Below the pieces are notes generated by a model that saw nothing but the letters and a program-made list of their open reading frames with translations, did not search any database and was not told where the DNA came from. The position numbers and the translations under genes were made by a program. From an uncultured Lachnospiraceae bacterium (lineage in GTDB: Bacteria; Bacillota; Clostridia; TANB77; CAG-508), in NCBI GenBank assembly GCA_964616165.1, contig CAZTTS010000005.1:15651-79650 (forward strand): DNA of 64,000 bases, written 5' to 3'. Within the stretch, counting starts at the first letter, position 1; every line of letters starts with the position of its first letter. Below are positions 61,312-64,000 of the stretch, one piece after another.

Positions 61312-63961
61312 CTTTTTCCTCTTTTACTTCGTTAAGTTTAAATAATTTCATGAACTCTACAATAAATATTGGTAATAATATTAGTATAATCATCACTGCA
61401 ATCATATCAATAGGTATTATAGCTAATTTAAATATATCACGAATTTCCGGAACAGACAATGTTAAAATCATTAATATAACATTAAAAATTATTGCAAAAA
61501 TCAATTGCTTATTTTTAAAAGAATCTTTAGAAAATACTGTTTTTCTATTATCTCGAACATTAAAAACATGTACTAATTGTGAAAAGCCTAATACTGCATA
61601 TGTCATTGTTTGAGCTATTGCAATACGTTCTGCATCACTTCCCTTGCTAGTTAATCCAATTAGAAATGCTATAAAAGACAATAATCCTATCATTAAACTT
61701 TGATATAGCACTCTATATTTAAAGCCTTTTTCTGTAACACCTTTTCTTTTAACTGGTTTTCTTTTCATCACATCTTTACTTGCAGGATCAACAGATAAAG
61801 CTATTGCAGGTAATGCATCAGTTATAAGATTAATAAATAATATATGGATTGGAAGCAAAGGAATTAAATCACCAGTATGAATATTAAACATCTTAGTTAT
61901 TAAAGGTAGAACTAACATTGATAAAAATATAATAATAACTTCTCCAATATTAGATGATAATAAATATAATATTACTTTCATTATATTATCATATATTCGT
62001 CTTCCTTCTTTTGTTGCTTCTACAATTGTTGAAAAATTATCATCAGTTAAAATAAGGTCTGCGGCTTCTCTTGCAACTGCTGTACCTTGTACTCCCATCG
62101 CACAACCAATATCTGCTTTTTTAAGTGCTGGGGCATCATTAACACCATCACCTGTCATTGCTACATATTTATCTTGATCTTGCCATGCTTCTATAATTCT
62201 TAATTTATTCTCAGGAGAAACTCTAGCATAAACTCTATACTTATTAATATTGTTTTTAAAGTCTTCATCTGACATAGAATCTAATTCTACTCCTGTTAAA
62301 ACTTCATAATTTTCTTCTAGTATGCCTAAATCTCTTGCTATAGCTTCTGCAGTCAATTTATGATCACCTGTTATCATAATTGGAAGAATACCTGCCTCTT
62401 TACAAGCTTCAATAGAAGATTTAGCTTCTTCTCTTGGTGGATCAATCATTCCTGCCATTCCTAAAAATATTAAATTTTCTTCAAAAGTGTGATAATCATC
62501 TAGTCTTGGTTCATAGTCTAATATCTTATATGCAATTGCAAGAACTCTCATTGCATTTCTTGCTAATTCATCATTTGCAGATAAAACTTCTGCTCTATAT
62601 CCCATAAATTTATATTCATCTGTATATATATTATTGTCTATTTCATATGCAGAGCATTTAGATATAACTTCATCTAAACCTCCTTTTGTATAAACAATAT
62701 ATTTATCTCCTATTTTATTTACTGTGGTCATTAATTTTCTATTGGAATCAAAAGAAATTTCTGCAACTCTGTCATACCAAAATAATAAGTTTGAATCAAA
62801 ACCAAGTTCAAAACCCATTCTTGTTAAAGCTGTTTCTGTTGGTTCACCTGTAAGACCAAGTTTTGACACTTTACTATCATTACAAAGCATAAAACCTGTA
62901 ACAAGTCTAGTTAATGTTTCATTATGGCTTAAATAACTTAAATCATGGATTCTTCCATTATAATATAGCTTTTCAACCCTCATCCTATTTTGTGTTAATG
63001 TTCCTGTTTTATCTGAACATATAATTGAAACCGAACCTAAAGTTTCTACAGCAGGTAGTTTTTTTACTATTGCATTTTTCTTAACTAATCTTTGAACTCC
63101 AACAGCAAGAACAACTGTAGTAATGGCTGGTAAACCTTCAGGAATAGCAGAAACAGCTAAAGAAACTGTCATCATTAACATTGTCATAAATGATTTACCA
63201 TATAGAATACCAAGAATAAAAACAAAGAAACATGCAAAAAGTAAGAATATTAATAATGATTTAACTAATGATTTTATTTTTTCTTGAATTGCAGTTGTTG
63301 GCTGTTTAGTGTTTTTCATCATTGCTGCAATTTTACCAACTTCTGTGTTTTCACCTATTTTTACAACTACTGCCTTACCTCTACCTTTTGTAACCAAGGA
63401 AGAAGCAAAGGCCATATTTTTAATATCACCTAGGGCTATTTTTGTATCTTTAATTAAATTTGATTCTTTTATTATAGATTCAGACTCACCTGTTAAATGT
63501 GATTCATCTACTTGTAAATTATAGCTTTCTATAATGCGAAGATCTGCAGAAACATAATCACCTGCTTCTAGAATAACAACATCACCTAAAGTTAATTCAT
63601 GAGCTTTAACACTAACTATAACTCCATCTCTAATAACTTTTGTTTGTGTTTCAGATATTTTTTGTAATTCATATAGAGCTCTCTCAGCCTTATATTCTTG
63701 TTGAGTCCCTATTATTGCATTTAAAATTACTATTGCTAAAATTATTATTGTATCAGTAAAACCTTCATTATTTTTAATTGCAATAAATGCGGCTAGTCCT
63801 GCTGCAATTAATAAAATAATTATCATAATATCAGCAAATTGTGAAACAAAAATAGAAAAAAGGCTCTTCTTGTTAACTTCTTCAATTTTGTTTTCACCAT
63901 ATTTAGCCTGCCTTTTTGCTGCCTCTTTCCCGTGAAATACCAAAATCTCTATCTGTTCCAA
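61298..63961 (-). CDS. P-type cation-transporting ATPase (type IIA Ca2+-ATPase-like)
   Basis: Phosphorylation site DKTGTLT, hinge TGDGVNDAPALKKADIG, ten predicted TM segments, 887 aa. The track start at 63961 is a TTG codon, so the exact start is uncertain. Confidence 0.9.
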   Translation of the reverse strand: MEQIEILVFHGKEAAKRQAKYGENKIEEVNKKSLFSIFVSQFADIMIIILLIAAGLAAFIAIKNNEGFTDTIIILAIVILNAIIGTQQEYKAERALYELQKISETQTKVIRDGVIVSVKAHELTLGDVVILEAGDYVSADLRIIESYNLQVDESHLTGESESIIKESNLIKDTKIALGDIKNMAFASSLVTKGRGKAVVVKIGENTEVGKIAAMMKNTKQPTTAIQEKIKSLVKSLLIFLLFACFFVFILGILYGKSFMTMLMMTVSLAVSAIPEGLPAITTVVLAVGVQRLVKKNAIVKKLPAVETLGSVSIICSDKTGTLTQNRMRVEKLYYNGRIHDLSYLSHNETLTRLVTGFMLCNDSKVSKLGLTGEPTETALTRMGFELGFDSNLLFWYDRVAEISFDSNRKLMTTVNKIGDKYIVYTKGGLDEVISKCSAYEIDNNIYTDEYKFMGYRAEVLSANDELARNAMRVLAIAYKILDYEPRLDDYHTFEENLIFLGMAGMIDPPREEAKSSIEACKEAGILPIMITGDHKLTAEAIARDLGILEENYEVLTGVELDSMSDEDFKNNINKYRVYARVSPENKLRIIEAWQDQDKYVAMTGDGVNDAPALKKADIGCAMGVQGTAVAREAADLILTDDNFSTIVEATKEGRRIYDNIMKVILYLLSSNIGEVIIIFLSMLVLPLITKMFNIHTGDLIPLLPIHILFINLITDALPAIALSVDPASKDVMKRKPVKRKGVTEKGFKYRVLYQSLMIGLLSFIAFLIGLTSKGSDAERIAIAQTMTYAVLGFSQLVHVFNVRDNRKTVFSKDSFKNKQLIFAIIFNVILMILTLSVPEIRDIFKLAIIPIDMIAVMIILILLPIFIVEFMKLFKLNEVKEEKDDMD

Positions 63962-64000
63962 AGCCTTTTAATATTTTATTTACATCGTAATTCCAAAAAA

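Noticed and set aside
1-64000. CRISPR array or other long repeat families
   Set aside because: No regularly spaced direct repeats of 25-40 nt were seen. The only repeats are short in-frame coding tandems and the 12-mer pair at 7818 and 8208.

Overview
This window is a very AT-rich (about 25% GC) chromosomal segment that looks like a low-GC Gram-positive (Firmicutes-type) genome. That call rests on MurT/GatD, class A PBP, a tig-clpP-clpX cluster, pfkA-pgi-ackA-pta, uvrAB, FtsH, PlsY, Der, DprA, XerD and three aaRS genes. Proteins are rich in Lys/Asn/Ile and many carry K/E-rich low-complexity extensions. Coding density is high, with many 4-14 nt gene overlaps and AAGGAG-type ribosome-binding sites.

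Gene orientation is strongly biased. Genes from 1 to 7456 run rightwards and every gene from 8403 to 64000 runs leftwards. They converge on a 950-bp gene-free AT-rich region (7457-8402), a terminus-like strand switch, with an integrase-family tyrosine recombinase 1 kb away.

No rRNA, tRNA, CRISPR array or obvious prophage/IS was found. The points most worth a second look are:
- an apparent +1 frameshift splitting trmB at a CUU-CGG site;
- a stand-alone GlmU acetyltransferase domain next to glmM;
- a GC-anomalous two-gene islet of small membrane proteins (18.2-19.0 kb);
- the strand-switch region with a perfect 18-bp palindrome and 12-bp direct repeats flanking a GC-richer core;
- a chromosomal Replic_Relax-like wHTH protein;
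- a tandem-OB SSB-like protein and a small alarmone-hydrolase-like HD protein;
- an unknown membrane protein inserted between tig and clpP;
- an accessory-looking surface/glycosylation block (26.4-33.5 kb) including a polytopic-membrane + GT4 fusion and a degenerate GT2-like protein.

The ORF track evidently accepts TTG/GTG starts, so several N-termini were re-set to internal ATGs with good ribosome-binding sites. Coordinates I derived myself may be off by 1-2 nt.
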